Part shown: piece by piece, positions 27,924-37,499 of the stretch
How positions within the stretch are numbered: the first letter of the stretch is position 1
Layout: each line of letters begins with the position of its first letter
Source of the DNA: Caldilineaceae bacterium
GTDB taxonomy: Bacteria; Chloroflexota; Anaerolineae; Caldilineales; Caldilineaceae
Reading direction: 5' to 3'
Assembly (NCBI GenBank): GCA_965242905.1
Contig: CBDETM010000002.1
Coordinates: 4,281,998-4,345,997, forward strand
Length of the DNA: 64,000 nucleotides
Notes under the pieces: model-generated
Seen by the model: the letters and a program-made list of their open reading frames with translations, nothing else
Databases searched by the model: none
Told to the model about the DNA's origin: nothing
Translations under genes and position numbers: made by a program

Positions 27924-29411
27924 ATGCCTGACAGACTTCCGCACATACTGATCTTCAACCCCGACCAGTGGCGGGGAGACGTTCTCGGCCACATGGGCAA
28001 CCCCGGCGCTGTGACCCCAGTCCTGGACCTGTTCGCTCGTTCCGAAGGTGTATCTTTCTCCAACGCCTTCTGCCAGAATCCCGTCTGCACGCCCAGCCGC
28101 TGCTCCTTCATGACCGGCTGGTACCCCCACGTACGCGGCCATCGCACCATGTTCCACATGCTGCGTCCGGACGAGCCAATGCTTCTGCAAAAACTGCGCC
28201 AAAACGGCTATTTCGTTTGGTGGGGTGGAAAAAACGATGTCGTGCCGGCCCAGAACGGGTATGCCGGCTACTGTGACGTGAAATATTCCCCGCCTCAGCC
28301 GGAGCGTCTCATGCAGAACCCGCACCAGCTGGCCGACTGGCGAGGCGACCCCGACGAGGACAACTACTACTCCTTCTACGTGGGCCGGAGCGAGATTCCT
28401 GATGGCGAGTCGGTGGCCTACGACTCCGACTGGGCCATGGTCGAGGGCGCGATCGAACAGATCGAAAACGCGCCGTCTGACCAGCCCCTCTGCATATATC
28501 TGCCCCTCTCATATCCCCACCCGCCTTACGCCGTCGAAGACCCCTGGTACACCCAGATCGACCCGGCCAACATTCCCAAACGCACCGCTACGCCAGATGA
28601 GACCACGGGCGGCTGGGAAGGCTATCCCAGCCTGATGAAGGGAATCTATGACGGGCAGCAGATGCAGGGTTGGTCCGAGGAGCGCCTGCGAGAGTTGCAG
28701 CGAACCTACTACGGAATGTGCGCACGCGTGGACCACCAGTTCGGCATGGTCCTGGAAGCCCTGAAGAAGGCCGGCATCTACGACGATACCCTCATTTTCT
28801 TCTTTTCCGACCACGGGGACTTCACAGGAGACTATGGCCTCGTTGAAAAGACGCAAAATACTTTTCAGGACTGCTTGACCCGCGTGCCCCTCCTGGTGAA
28901 GCCGCCTGCGGGCACGCCGGTGTTGCCGCGCGTCTCCGATGCGCTCGTGGAGTTGATCGACTTTCCTGCCACCCTATACGCGCTCACCGGCATCGAGGCC
29001 GGGTACGACCACTTCGGCCGCTCGCTCCTGCCTCTCCTCGCCGGCGAGACTGACAGCCACCGCGATGCCGTATTCTGCGAGGGAGGCCGGCGCCAAGGCG
29101 AGCGCCAGTGCATGGAACTGGAGAGCAACGCTAGACCCGGTTTCCTCTACTGGCCGCGTCTACGCCTTCAGACAGGCGAAGGACCGGAACACACCAAGGC
29201 TGCCATGTGCCGGACCGCAACACATAAGTATGTCAGGCGCTTCTACGAGCAGGACGAACTCTACGACCTGCAGGCCGACCCACGGGAGACGAGCAACCTC
29301 ATCGCTGACCCCGCCTATGGGGACGTGCTCGCATCACTCAAAGAGCGTATGTTGCAGTGGTATATGGAAACCAGTGATGTTGTACCACACGAAACCGATA
29401 TGAGGAGGTGA
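27924..29411 (+). CDS. sulfatase (arylsulfatase A family)
   Basis: Formylglycine motif CTPSRCSFMTG, plus FSDHGD and a 495-aa length. GAGGGAG SD. Confidence 0.88.
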   Translation: MPDRLPHILIFNPDQWRGDVLGHMGNPGAVTPVLDLFARSEGVSFSNAFCQNPVCTPSRCSFMTGWYPHVRGHRTMFHMLRPDEPMLLQKLRQNGYFVWWGGKNDVVPAQNGYAGYCDVKYSPPQPERLMQNPHQLADWRGDPDEDNYYSFYVGRSEIPDGESVAYDSDWAMVEGAIEQIENAPSDQPLCIYLPLSYPHPPYAVEDPWYTQIDPANIPKRTATPDETTGGWEGYPSLMKGIYDGQQMQGWSEERLRELQRTYYGMCARVDHQFGMVLEALKKAGIYDDTLIFFFSDHGDFTGDYGLVEKTQNTFQDCLTRVPLLVKPPAGTPVLPRVSDALVELIDFPATLYALTGIEAGYDHFGRSLLPLLAGETDSHRDAVFCEGGRRQGERQCMELESNARPGFLYWPRLRLQTGEGPEHTKAAMCRTATHKYVRRFYEQDELYDLQADPRETSNLIADPAYGDVLASLKERMLQWYMETSDVVPHETDMRR

Positions 29412-29434
29412 TCCTGACGCGTAGCCTCGGCCTG

Positions 29435-30352
29435 CTACGAATCGGAGACCTGCCTTTGAACGACTAGTCGCTCCAGCAGGGATATTACCAGGAAGAAAAC
29501 CATGCCGGTGAGCGACGCGAAGAGAATCGCAGCCCACAGCTTCTCCGGCCCCGTGGCGTAGTACTGATTGAAGTTGAGGATGACCCGGCCAAGTCCGTCG
29601 GCGATGCCGCTGGGCAGTTCGCCGATGATGGCGCCAACCACGCTGGCCGTGGCCGAGACCTTGAGAGCCGTGAAGATGTAAGGCAAGGCAGCCGGAACCC
29701 GCAACTTCCACAGAATCTCCCAGGGTGTGGCTGCGTAGGAGTGCATCAACTCGATCGCGGTAGGTTCCGGCGAGCGTAGCCCCTGTAATGTATTGATCGT
29801 TACCGGGAAGAAAGTCAGATAGGCCGCGATCACCGCAACCGAGAACCAGCTGCCCCCTAGCCAGATAACGACCATCGGCGCAATTGCCAGCAGAGGCACG
29901 GTTTGCGATGCCACCACATAGGGCAGCAACCCCCGCTCCAGCAGCCCTGAGTGCGCGAACGCGACGCCAAGCACGAAGCCGAGACACCCGCCGAAGAGAA
30001 AGCCGAAAACGGCCTCCTGTAAGGTGAAGAGCGAAGCACGCAGCAGTATCGTCAGCAGGATTGTGTCGCTGCCCCGCCGCGGCGGCTCGAAGATCGTCTG
30101 CAAAATGTCCCACACGTGCGGCATCGCCCTGTCATCGGCCCGCACCGGCAGTTCCACTTCACAAAGGCCGACTGAGCCGCACAAAATACCGACGGGCTCG
30201 CTGCCGTCCGCCTGGACTGGAACGGTGCCCAGCAAATACGCGCCCCCCGGCGCGCCCAGCAGCTTATAGGCCTCCCAGAACAGCGCCAGCAGCAGGATGA
30301 TCAGGATGAAATAGCGGACTGCCTTCAGCGACGACGATCGGGCAAACTTCAC
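29435..30352 (-). CDS. ABC transporter permease (NitT/TauT family), paralogue of 25155..26102
   Basis: 305-aa multi-TM ORF. ...TVPLLAIAPMVVIWLG... parallels the other permease. Its start overlaps the dihydropyrimidinase stop. Confidence 0.85.
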   Translation of the reverse strand: MKFARSSSLKAVRYFILIILLLALFWEAYKLLGAPGGAYLLGTVPVQADGSEPVGILCGSVGLCEVELPVRADDRAMPHVWDILQTIFEPPRRGSDTILLTILLRASLFTLQEAVFGFLFGGCLGFVLGVAFAHSGLLERGLLPYVVASQTVPLLAIAPMVVIWLGGSWFSVAVIAAYLTFFPVTINTLQGLRSPEPTAIELMHSYAATPWEILWKLRVPAALPYIFTALKVSATASVVGAIIGELPSGIADGLGRVILNFNQYYATGPEKLWAAILFASLTGMVFFLVISLLERLVVQRQVSDS

Positions 30353-31755
30353 AGTACCTCCGCAAATGGCTTTCGCCGCAGAAAGCGCCCTCCGCCTGCA
30401 GCCCCCTTCCAGCTGTCCCCGTCCACAATCACCTGCCCCCGTAGAAGTACCTTCTCGGCCCAGCCCCGCACGCGCATGCCTTCGTAGACGTTGTAGTCCG
30501 TGTTCATATGATGCGTGGCCGCCGAAATCGTATGCTCCTTGTCCGCATCCCAGATGACGATGTCGGCGTCTGACCCGACAGCGATCGTGCCTTTGCGGGG
30601 ATACAGTCCAAAGATCTTCGCCGGATTCGTGCTTGAAATCTCAACAAAACGGTTGGCACTGTAATGGCCGCCGCCCACACCCGCATGCCACATGACCGGC
30701 ATGCGGTCCTCGATGCCGGGCATGCCGTTCGGGATCTGGTGGAAGCCTTCCTTGCCCAGCTCCTTCCCCGCTATACGTCCTTCCACGCCGCCTTCGTACC
30801 AGAACGGGCAGTGGTCTGTGGAAACCGCCTGCAAACCCCCGTCTGCCAGGGCCTTCCAAAGTATCACCGCGTCCTTGGGCTGCCGAACCGGCGGCGAACA
30901 GACATATTTCGCCCCCTCGTAGCCGGGCTTGCCCAGGTCCTCCTCAAAGATAAACAGGTACTGTGTGCAGGTTTCCCCCATCACGCGAAAGCCCTTGTCT
31001 CTCCCAAGAGCAAGTTGCTCGACTGCCTCTTCGCAAGTCATGTGAACGACGTACAAAGACGCCCCGCTGATCCCTGCCAATGCGACTGCTCGCCCAGTCG
31101 CCTCGGCTTCAGCCATGGCAGGGTGGGCCGTGGCATGGTACTTCGGCGCCGTCTTCCCTTCGTCCAGAAGCCTCTTCGTCAGGTCGGCGATAACATCTCC
31201 GTTCTCAGCGTGGACCATGATCAAGAGCCCGTGCTCAGCGGCGACCTGCATGGCGCGGAAGAGCGTCGTGTCGTCGACCTGGAAGAGCCCTTTGTATGCC
31301 ATGAACAGCTTCAGACTGGTGATACCCTCGGCGACAACAGATGGGATTTCAGCCATCACATCGTCGCGCAGGTCTGTGATCGCAACGTGAAAACCGTAAT
31401 CGATCGCCGCTTTGCCTTCAGCTTTCGCGTGCCAGGTTTCTATGCCTTCCTTGAGCGTGCCCCCTACCGGCTGAATGACAAAGTCTATGTGCGTCGTCGT
31501 GGCGCCGAATGCCGCCGCCCGATGGCCCGTGAAAAAGTCGTCGGAGGAGACAGTGCCGCCAAAGGGCAGTTCAAGATGGGTATGAACGTCAATGCCTCCC
31601 GGCAGGAGCAGCTTGCCTTCGGCGTCGATCACGTCCGCACCTTCAGTGGGCAGATCAAGCCCGATCAACGCAACCCGCTCGTCCTCAATCAGGAGATCGG
31701 CTTTCACGCTATCAGCCGCGGTGACAATCGTTCCGTTCTTGATCAGAGTTGGCAT
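30349..31755 (-). CDS. dihydropyrimidinase / D-hydantoinase
   Basis: 468 aa. MPTLIKNGTIVTA..., metal motif GGIDVHTHLELPF, and family-typical blocks throughout. Confidence 0.88.
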   Translation of the reverse strand: MPTLIKNGTIVTAADSVKADLLIEDERVALIGLDLPTEGADVIDAEGKLLLPGGIDVHTHLELPFGGTVSSDDFFTGHRAAAFGATTTHIDFVIQPVGGTLKEGIETWHAKAEGKAAIDYGFHVAITDLRDDVMAEIPSVVAEGITSLKLFMAYKGLFQVDDTTLFRAMQVAAEHGLLIMVHAENGDVIADLTKRLLDEGKTAPKYHATAHPAMAEAEATGRAVALAGISGASLYVVHMTCEEAVEQLALGRDKGFRVMGETCTQYLFIFEEDLGKPGYEGAKYVCSPPVRQPKDAVILWKALADGGLQAVSTDHCPFWYEGGVEGRIAGKELGKEGFHQIPNGMPGIEDRMPVMWHAGVGGGHYSANRFVEISSTNPAKIFGLYPRKGTIAVGSDADIVIWDADKEHTISAATHHMNTDYNVYEGMRVRGWAEKVLLRGQVIVDGDSWKGAAGGGRFLRRKPFAEVL

Positions 31756-31839
31756 TTGTGGGTTCGGCTCCTCTCCGGTCAGACTTCGTGTTCAGAATAC
31801 GTCTGTATACAAGAGCAAATGACGCGCTCCGCGCATACA

Positions 31840-32712
31840 TCAGTCCGCCACAATCTTGTCGTACATGTCCGGCCGTCGGTCCCGGAGGAACTGCCAGGTG
31901 TCCCGCACATCCCGTATCATGTCCAGGTCAAGGTCGCGAATGATCAACTCCTCCGCGTACGGATCGCCCTGCCCCGGCAGGTCATCGCGCTCACCCAGCG
32001 TCTTCACAAACTCACCCCGTGGCGTGCAAAAGTAACTCTGGCCATAAAAGTCGTTGTCGCCAAGTTCCGCTTCGACGCCGACACGGTTGATCGTGCCCAC
32101 GAAGTATCCGTTGGCGATCGCGTGGCTGGTCTGTTCGATCCGCCAAAGGTGCTGTGACAGCCCGCGCGAAGTGGCGGACGGGATGAATACGATCTCGGCG
32201 CCGTTCAGTCCCAACATCCGGGCGCCCTCCGGAAAGTGGCGGTCGTAGCAGATGTAGACGCCCACCTTTCCCACCGCCGTGTCAAAGACCGGGTATCCTA
32301 GGTTTCCCGGGCGGAAATAGAATTTCTCCCAGAAGCCGGGCAAGTGGGGCAGATGCGTCTTTCGATACTTTCCCAGGTAGCTGCCGTCAGCGTCGATTAC
32401 CGCGGCCGTGTTGTAGTAGAGCCCGGGCTGCTCCTCCTCATACAGAGGAACAACCAGCACCATCTTCGTCTCGGCGGCCAGTTTCTGCATCCTCTCGGTC
32501 GTCGGCCCATCAGGCACGCGCTCGGCAAGACCGTACCACTGGGGGTCCTGCACTTGACAGAAATAGGGCCCGTGGAAGAGTTCCTGAAAGCAGAAAACCT
32601 GCACGCCCTGCTCAGCCGATTCTCGAGCGTATCGCTCATGCTTCTGGATCATTGACTCATGGTCACCACTCCAGGTAGCCTGGAGCAACGCGCCGCGCAC
32701 AATGCGGGACAT
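31840..32712 (-). CDS. beta-ureidopropionase-like carbon-nitrogen hydrolase (N-carbamoyl amidohydrolase)
   Basis: Nitrilase-superfamily E-K-C triad context (CFQELF, GKYRKTHLP, VYICYDRHFPE). The ATG at 32712 follows AGGAGG at 7-nt spacing; the ORF is open to a TTG at 32730. Confidence 0.8.
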   Translation of the reverse strand: MSRIVRGALLQATWSGDHESMIQKHERYARESAEQGVQVFCFQELFHGPYFCQVQDPQWYGLAERVPDGPTTERMQKLAAETKMVLVVPLYEEEQPGLYYNTAAVIDADGSYLGKYRKTHLPHLPGFWEKFYFRPGNLGYPVFDTAVGKVGVYICYDRHFPEGARMLGLNGAEIVFIPSATSRGLSQHLWRIEQTSHAIANGYFVGTINRVGVEAELGDNDFYGQSYFCTPRGEFVKTLGERDDLPGQGDPYAEELIIRDLDLDMIRDVRDTWQFLRDRRPDMYDKIVAD

Positions 32713-32835
32713 ACAAGGTCCTCCTGTCAATTGGCCGGAACAGAGAGTTCTCTGGTCTACCTACATCTTGAGTCTGATGGCAGCGGTGACTGGCAGAAGT
32801 ATTCGGCGGCAACTAACTCCGGTGGCACGCCGGGC

Positions 32836-33663
32836 TCAACCCAGTTCTTCAAGCATAGAACCATACCCCAGCGCATCCAACTCCCAGGTAACATACTGCA
32901 GAACAGCTTCCTCCATGGCACGCGGATACTCCACCTGCCACTGTTCGCAAATGGCAGGCCCGTGCTCCCGCATGATCCGCGCCAAGCGCAAGGGAATGCG
33001 AATCGTCTCATCGGTGGATAATGTTGTTCTTAGAACGGCCTCCTCCACACACTTCCGGTGATGTGGAAGCAGGAACCCATTCAAGGCCTTGACACCGCGA
33101 TCTCGGCGGGTTCCACTCGCCGCACAGAGTACATTCGTGAGCGCCAGCAGGATTATGGAGTTGCCAGCCGCACCCACCAGTTTTTCCCCGCGCCCCACGA
33201 CGACAGGCGTCATCGAAATACAGCGCCAGAATTCAGGAATCTCCCTGAGCAACAGCTCCTCCGCCGCTTTCCGCGTAAGTCTATCGCCAGGCCGAGGCAG
33301 CCAGGAAAGGACCCCCTCCTCCTCGTACAGCACCCGCGTCTCACCCGCCGTTACCTCGGCAGATTCCCCTTCGTGTAGCCAAACATCCAGGCGCATCGCC
33401 TCGTCCGTCATTGCGTTGACCATCCGGCCCTCGAACATCAGGCGCATAAAGACAAGGGGCCGAATCTCGCACAGCCACGATTCGACACTGCTGTGAAATC
33501 CATCGAACTTGGCGTCATCTATCAACAGGTGTGCATCAACGTCGCTCCAACTATCCTCCCTATCTTTGCCGAAGCTGCCGGTCAGCCAGGCGGCGCGAAC
33601 GGCCGCGTCGGCTGTGACTTTCACAGTTAGCCCCTCGATGAAACGGGACTGGGCGGTCGTCAT
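32836..33663 (-). CDS. nucleotidyltransferase, ANT(6)/AadK-like fold
   Basis: Pol-beta NTase motif GSFGKDREDSWSDVDAHLL, and an EFW block (IPEFWRCISMTPVVVGRGE) like the streptomycin adenylyltransferase family. The ATG overlaps the stop of the Mo-subunit gene (ATGA). Confidence 0.55.
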   Translation of the reverse strand: MTTAQSRFIEGLTVKVTADAAVRAAWLTGSFGKDREDSWSDVDAHLLIDDAKFDGFHSSVESWLCEIRPLVFMRLMFEGRMVNAMTDEAMRLDVWLHEGESAEVTAGETRVLYEEEGVLSWLPRPGDRLTRKAAEELLLREIPEFWRCISMTPVVVGRGEKLVGAAGNSIILLALTNVLCAASGTRRDRGVKALNGFLLPHHRKCVEEAVLRTTLSTDETIRIPLRLARIMREHGPAICEQWQVEYPRAMEEAVLQYVTWELDALGYGSMLEELG

Positions 33664-36011
33664 GCGTTCCTCCCGGCTGCAGCCTTCGTCACCAACTCGA
33701 ATAGCCGGTTAGGACTGAGGGGAATCTCGCGCACCTCCAATCCGATATCCCGAAAGGCATTGTCGAGTGCCTGGGCAAAGAGCGCGCCAACCGGAATCGC
33801 GCCCGCCTCCCCCGCCCCCTTCACCCCCAGAGGATTCAAAGGCGACGGCGTCTCCACATGGTCGCTCACAATGTTCGGAATATCGGTTGCGGTGGGAAGA
33901 AGGTAGTCCATCAGCGACGCGTTGAGCAGCGCGCCGTTTTCGTCGAAATGCAGCTGTTCATAAAAGGCATTGCCGATTCCCTGGGCCACCCCGCCTTGGA
34001 TCTGCCCATCAAGAATCAACGGGTTGATCACTGTACCGCAGTCGTGGACAACAACGTACTTCTCAATCTCCAGCAGAAACGTCTCCGGATCCACCCTCAG
34101 TATCATGGCGTGAACGCCGGATGCCGTCGCGCCCCGCTCCGGCCCGTAATACTCTGTGGCCTCCAGTCCCGGCTCCGTCCCCGGTCGGACGGCACCACGC
34201 ATCGGGTTGGCTTCAACCGCCAGTTCGCCGATAGAGATCGAAGTCTGCGGTACGCCCTTGACCTGCACACGCCCCTCGATCAGTTCCAGATCCTCTTCGG
34301 CGGCCTCCAGTTTTTCGCCTGCCATCTTCAGTATTTTGTCCCGCACCTTCGTTGCGGCCGCGTGCATGGCGTTTCCCGCGACGACCGCGCCCCGGCTGGC
34401 AAACGTTCCTGCCCCCCAGTAAAAGAGGTCTGTGTCGCCGGTGACGACGTGGACGTCGGAAGCTGCCACGCCGATCTGATCGGCCACGACCTGGGCAAAA
34501 CTGGTGTAATGGCCTTGGCCTTGCGTCCCCACGCCAGTTGCCACGCTCACTTTTCCGCTGGCCTCGACAGTCACCCTTGCGCCCTCGTAAGGGCCAATGC
34601 CAGTGCCTTCGATATAGCTGACGACGGAGATACCGACCCGCTTGCCAACGGCCTCCCGCCTGGGCTGATCTTCACGAATGAACTCTTGATAGCCGATCAG
34701 TTCCAGCGCGCGATCCAGAGCCGGTTCGTAGTTGCCGCTGTCATACGTCAGTTGGGTAAAGTCCTGAAATATGATCTCGTTCGAATAAGGGAACTGGTCG
34801 GGCTGGATGTAGTTCTTGCGGCGAATCGAGATTGGGTCAATTCCCAGTTCCTTAGCCGCTATGTCTAACAGACGCTCCATCACAAATACACCATGTTGAC
34901 GGCCGGCCCCGCGGTACGGAGTTACGATCGGTTTATTGGTAAAGACGCTGGTGAACTCCGAATGGTAGTCGGGCACAACATAAGGCCCGAGAAGAGTGCA
35001 CTGACTGCTGATGGGAAGTGTCAAACCGTACGGAGCGTAGGCGCCGGCATCGTGGAGGAATTCGTCCTTTATTCCGAGCACTGTGCCGTCATTCTTGAGT
35101 GCCATGGTGGCGTCGTGAACCTGCCCGCGTTCCTGAGTGGTGGCGTAGAAGTTTTCTTCCCGATCTTCGATCCATTTGAGCGGACGGCCCAGTTGCAACG
35201 TGGCCCAGGCTAGCACGACCTCCTCCGGATAGAACATCATGATCTTGGGACCGAAGCCTCCGCCGATGAACGGGGCGATAACCCGCACCTGGTGTTCCGA
35301 AAGCCCTAGCATGGCGGCCAGTCCGTTGCGAATGGCGATTGGAGCCTGGGTCGTGTCCCAAATCGTCAGTTGCTGGCTCTTGTCATCCCAACTGGCAACG
35401 ATGCCCCTGTTCTCCATCGCCGCGGCCGTGCCGCGATCGTAATGAAAGCGGCGACGGAGAACTAGATCGGCCGCGTCTTCGGCCTGTGCCCAGTCCCCCT
35501 TCGTCTGCGTTCCGCGCGCATTGATATTGTGTCCCAGATCATCGTGGACCAAAGGTGAGCCGCTTTTCAGTGCATCTTCCAGATCAACTACCGCATCTAA
35601 CGGTTCGTAATCGACAAAAATGTCGTCGAGCGCATCTTCGGCAAGGTAGCGGCTCTCGGCCACAACAACTGCAACTGCCTCGCCGGCATGGCGTACCTTG
35701 TCTTTTGCAAGCGGTACCTGCGTGCGCGGGTGGAATTCGAGTTGTTCCACAGGAGGTGGCGGCACCAGGAGCGGTCCCGGCTGCCAATACTCTCCAAGGT
35801 CGTCGGCGGTGTAGACGGCTGCGACGCCGGGGCGTTCCTTGGCTCCTCCCAAATCAATTGATCGGATGCGGGCGTGGGCCAGATCGCTGCGCAGAAAGGC
35901 AACGTGCAACATACCAGCCAGGTACACGTCGTCTGTGAAGAGCGCTCGTCCAGCCAGAAGCCGTGGGTCTTCGTTGCGTTTTATCGGTTGACCGAATTGG
36001 CGTGTGGACAT
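33660..36011 (-). CDS. xanthine dehydrogenase/aldehyde oxidase family molybdopterin-binding large subunit (CoxL-like, not a form I CODH)
   Basis: 783 aa. The N-terminus GQPIKRNEDPRLLAGRALFTDDV is typical. The active-site loop is YRGAGR rather than the CODH VAYRCSFR. Confidence 0.88.
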   Translation of the reverse strand: MSTRQFGQPIKRNEDPRLLAGRALFTDDVYLAGMLHVAFLRSDLAHARIRSIDLGGAKERPGVAAVYTADDLGEYWQPGPLLVPPPPVEQLEFHPRTQVPLAKDKVRHAGEAVAVVVAESRYLAEDALDDIFVDYEPLDAVVDLEDALKSGSPLVHDDLGHNINARGTQTKGDWAQAEDAADLVLRRRFHYDRGTAAAMENRGIVASWDDKSQQLTIWDTTQAPIAIRNGLAAMLGLSEHQVRVIAPFIGGGFGPKIMMFYPEEVVLAWATLQLGRPLKWIEDREENFYATTQERGQVHDATMALKNDGTVLGIKDEFLHDAGAYAPYGLTLPISSQCTLLGPYVVPDYHSEFTSVFTNKPIVTPYRGAGRQHGVFVMERLLDIAAKELGIDPISIRRKNYIQPDQFPYSNEIIFQDFTQLTYDSGNYEPALDRALELIGYQEFIREDQPRREAVGKRVGISVVSYIEGTGIGPYEGARVTVEASGKVSVATGVGTQGQGHYTSFAQVVADQIGVAASDVHVVTGDTDLFYWGAGTFASRGAVVAGNAMHAAATKVRDKILKMAGEKLEAAEEDLELIEGRVQVKGVPQTSISIGELAVEANPMRGAVRPGTEPGLEATEYYGPERGATASGVHAMILRVDPETFLLEIEKYVVVHDCGTVINPLILDGQIQGGVAQGIGNAFYEQLHFDENGALLNASLMDYLLPTATDIPNIVSDHVETPSPLNPLGVKGAGEAGAIPVGALFAQALDNAFRDIGLEVREIPLSPNRLFELVTKAAAGRNA

Positions 36012-36167
36012 TGATACGTAGGATCGTGGAGTATGTGGAGACCTGCACGCAGTGCAAAGGAGTGGTTGCTACTCCGCCAGCCAACCTTCGCTGTCATTCA
36101 CCGCAGGAAATGGAATTCGCGTCTGCATTGGATCTGGCGCTGCGTCGCCCCTTAGTCTGACGCCTCC

Positions 36168-37499
36168 TCAGCCCTTTGCCGGAACCGTTACAGCATCAAG
36201 ATCTTCCTGCAGTACCTCCGCGTCTTCGTTTCTGGAGGACGTCAACCAGTATCCCAGTCCCATTGCGACCGGATAGACTGCAATGTTCAACACGTACACG
36301 AGCAGAACGGCTATAAGGTGGTCCGGTACTGTGAATGACGGAAAGAACTGTAGATATTGGAACGCGATCGTGGGTTGGGCGACGATCGAGAAGCCAACCA
36401 TGAAGCCGCCCGCCGCAGCCAGTCTGACCTGCCAGTCACCTGGCTTGAAACCGAACCGTGCCATCCACTGGTATGTCAAGTCCAGAAGCACCGCACCAAG
36501 GATGAAGACGAGGGTCAACCTTGGCGTAGCACCGCTGACCAAGTCAGCAAAGCTGGTCGACGCGACTCTCAACCCAAAATAGAAGAGCGCGAATGCCGTT
36601 GCAGACCAGGGGCCGGGGGCCACCCTCCGCGCCAGGACCGACAAGAAAAATGCGGAAACACCAATTATCGTCGGATAGAGCCAGACTGGGCGCTGAGCCA
36701 CATAGCCGTCCACCTTACCCATTTCCCATTCTGTCGTACCGATGATGAGAAATATGCAGAACCCAATCGCGAGGAGGAACAGGTTGACAAAGCTGCGCCA
36801 ATCTGCTGAGGAGAAGCTTTTCCCAGCGGCCAAAAGCCTTTCCCTGTTCAGGAAATGGCTCCGACTCCATGCATCACTTCCACCTCTGGCCAGAACAACC
36901 CTGTTCCCGCCGCCCATCAAGAGACCAATAGCGAAAACCGGGAGACTCGCAGAAGACATCGCTATGAAGATGTGGGGCGGACTCCATGCTGTCAAATCGA
37001 TTCCATACAGTTCATGCCATATGGCGTCCCCGGGGATGGAAAAAAGACCGTAGCCGGCTAGGAGCACAATTGCGCCTACGTAGGGGTTGCGTCGAACCCA
37101 GCGTCGAGGATCCATGACACCCGCCTTTAGGTTGGGAATGGCGAGGGCTGACAGTCCACCAACTGCGACGAGAAATGCAAGCAGGAAGCCCGCGTAGATC
37201 ATCAGATGAGGCGGCCACAGAAAGTCCTCTCCACCAGGAACGATTCCTGTGACGACATGCTCGCTGAGATCCCAGTATCCCCCGATGCAGATAAGTAGTG
37301 CGCCAATGCCAACCAGAAGCGCGAGTACTTTGGAAAGTCGCGGCGATGTGGAAATGGTTTTCCTGCTCAATGGGCTACTCGACGAACCTTCACGTCCCGA
37401 ATCCTTCATCGGCGAAAGGTACAACCACCAAGCCAGGATTGCCAAGACGCCAATTGCCAGTCCGGAAAACACTAAGCCCTGCAAAAACAAGGAATTCAC
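36168..37499 (-). CDS. uncharacterised polytopic membrane protein (about 10-12 predicted TM helices)
   Basis: 443-aa ORF made of hydrophobic helices. I recognise no family motif. Its ATG overlaps the stop of the 2Fe-2S subunit gene (ATGA at 37496-37499). Confidence 0.6.
   Translation of the reverse strand: MNSLFLQGLVFSGLAIGVLAILAWWLYLSPMKDSGREGSSSSPLSRKTISTSPRLSKVLALLVGIGALLICIGGYWDLSEHVVTGIVPGGEDFLWPPHLMIYAGFLLAFLVAVGGLSALAIPNLKAGVMDPRRWVRRNPYVGAIVLLAGYGLFSIPGDAIWHELYGIDLTAWSPPHIFIAMSSASLPVFAIGLLMGGGNRVVLARGGSDAWSRSHFLNRERLLAAGKSFSSADWRSFVNLFLLAIGFCIFLIIGTTEWEMGKVDGYVAQRPVWLYPTIIGVSAFFLSVLARRVAPGPWSATAFALFYFGLRVASTSFADLVSGATPRLTLVFILGAVLLDLTYQWMARFGFKPGDWQVRLAAAGGFMVGFSIVAQPTIAFQYLQFFPSFTVPDHLIAVLLVYVLNIAVYPVAMGLGYWLTSSRNEDAEVLQEDLDAVTVPAKG

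Noticed and set aside
30664-32157. Very long ORFs antisense to well-supported genes: this 497-aa one, and also 1190..2041, 18924..20048, 23960..25096, 27540..28325, 33858..34868 and 55291..56121.
   Set aside because: Their translations are Arg/Pro/Ala/Gly-rich and carry no recognisable motifs. They fully overlap genes with clear family signatures on the other strand. This is the usual stop-codon-poor antisense artefact of GC-rich DNA.
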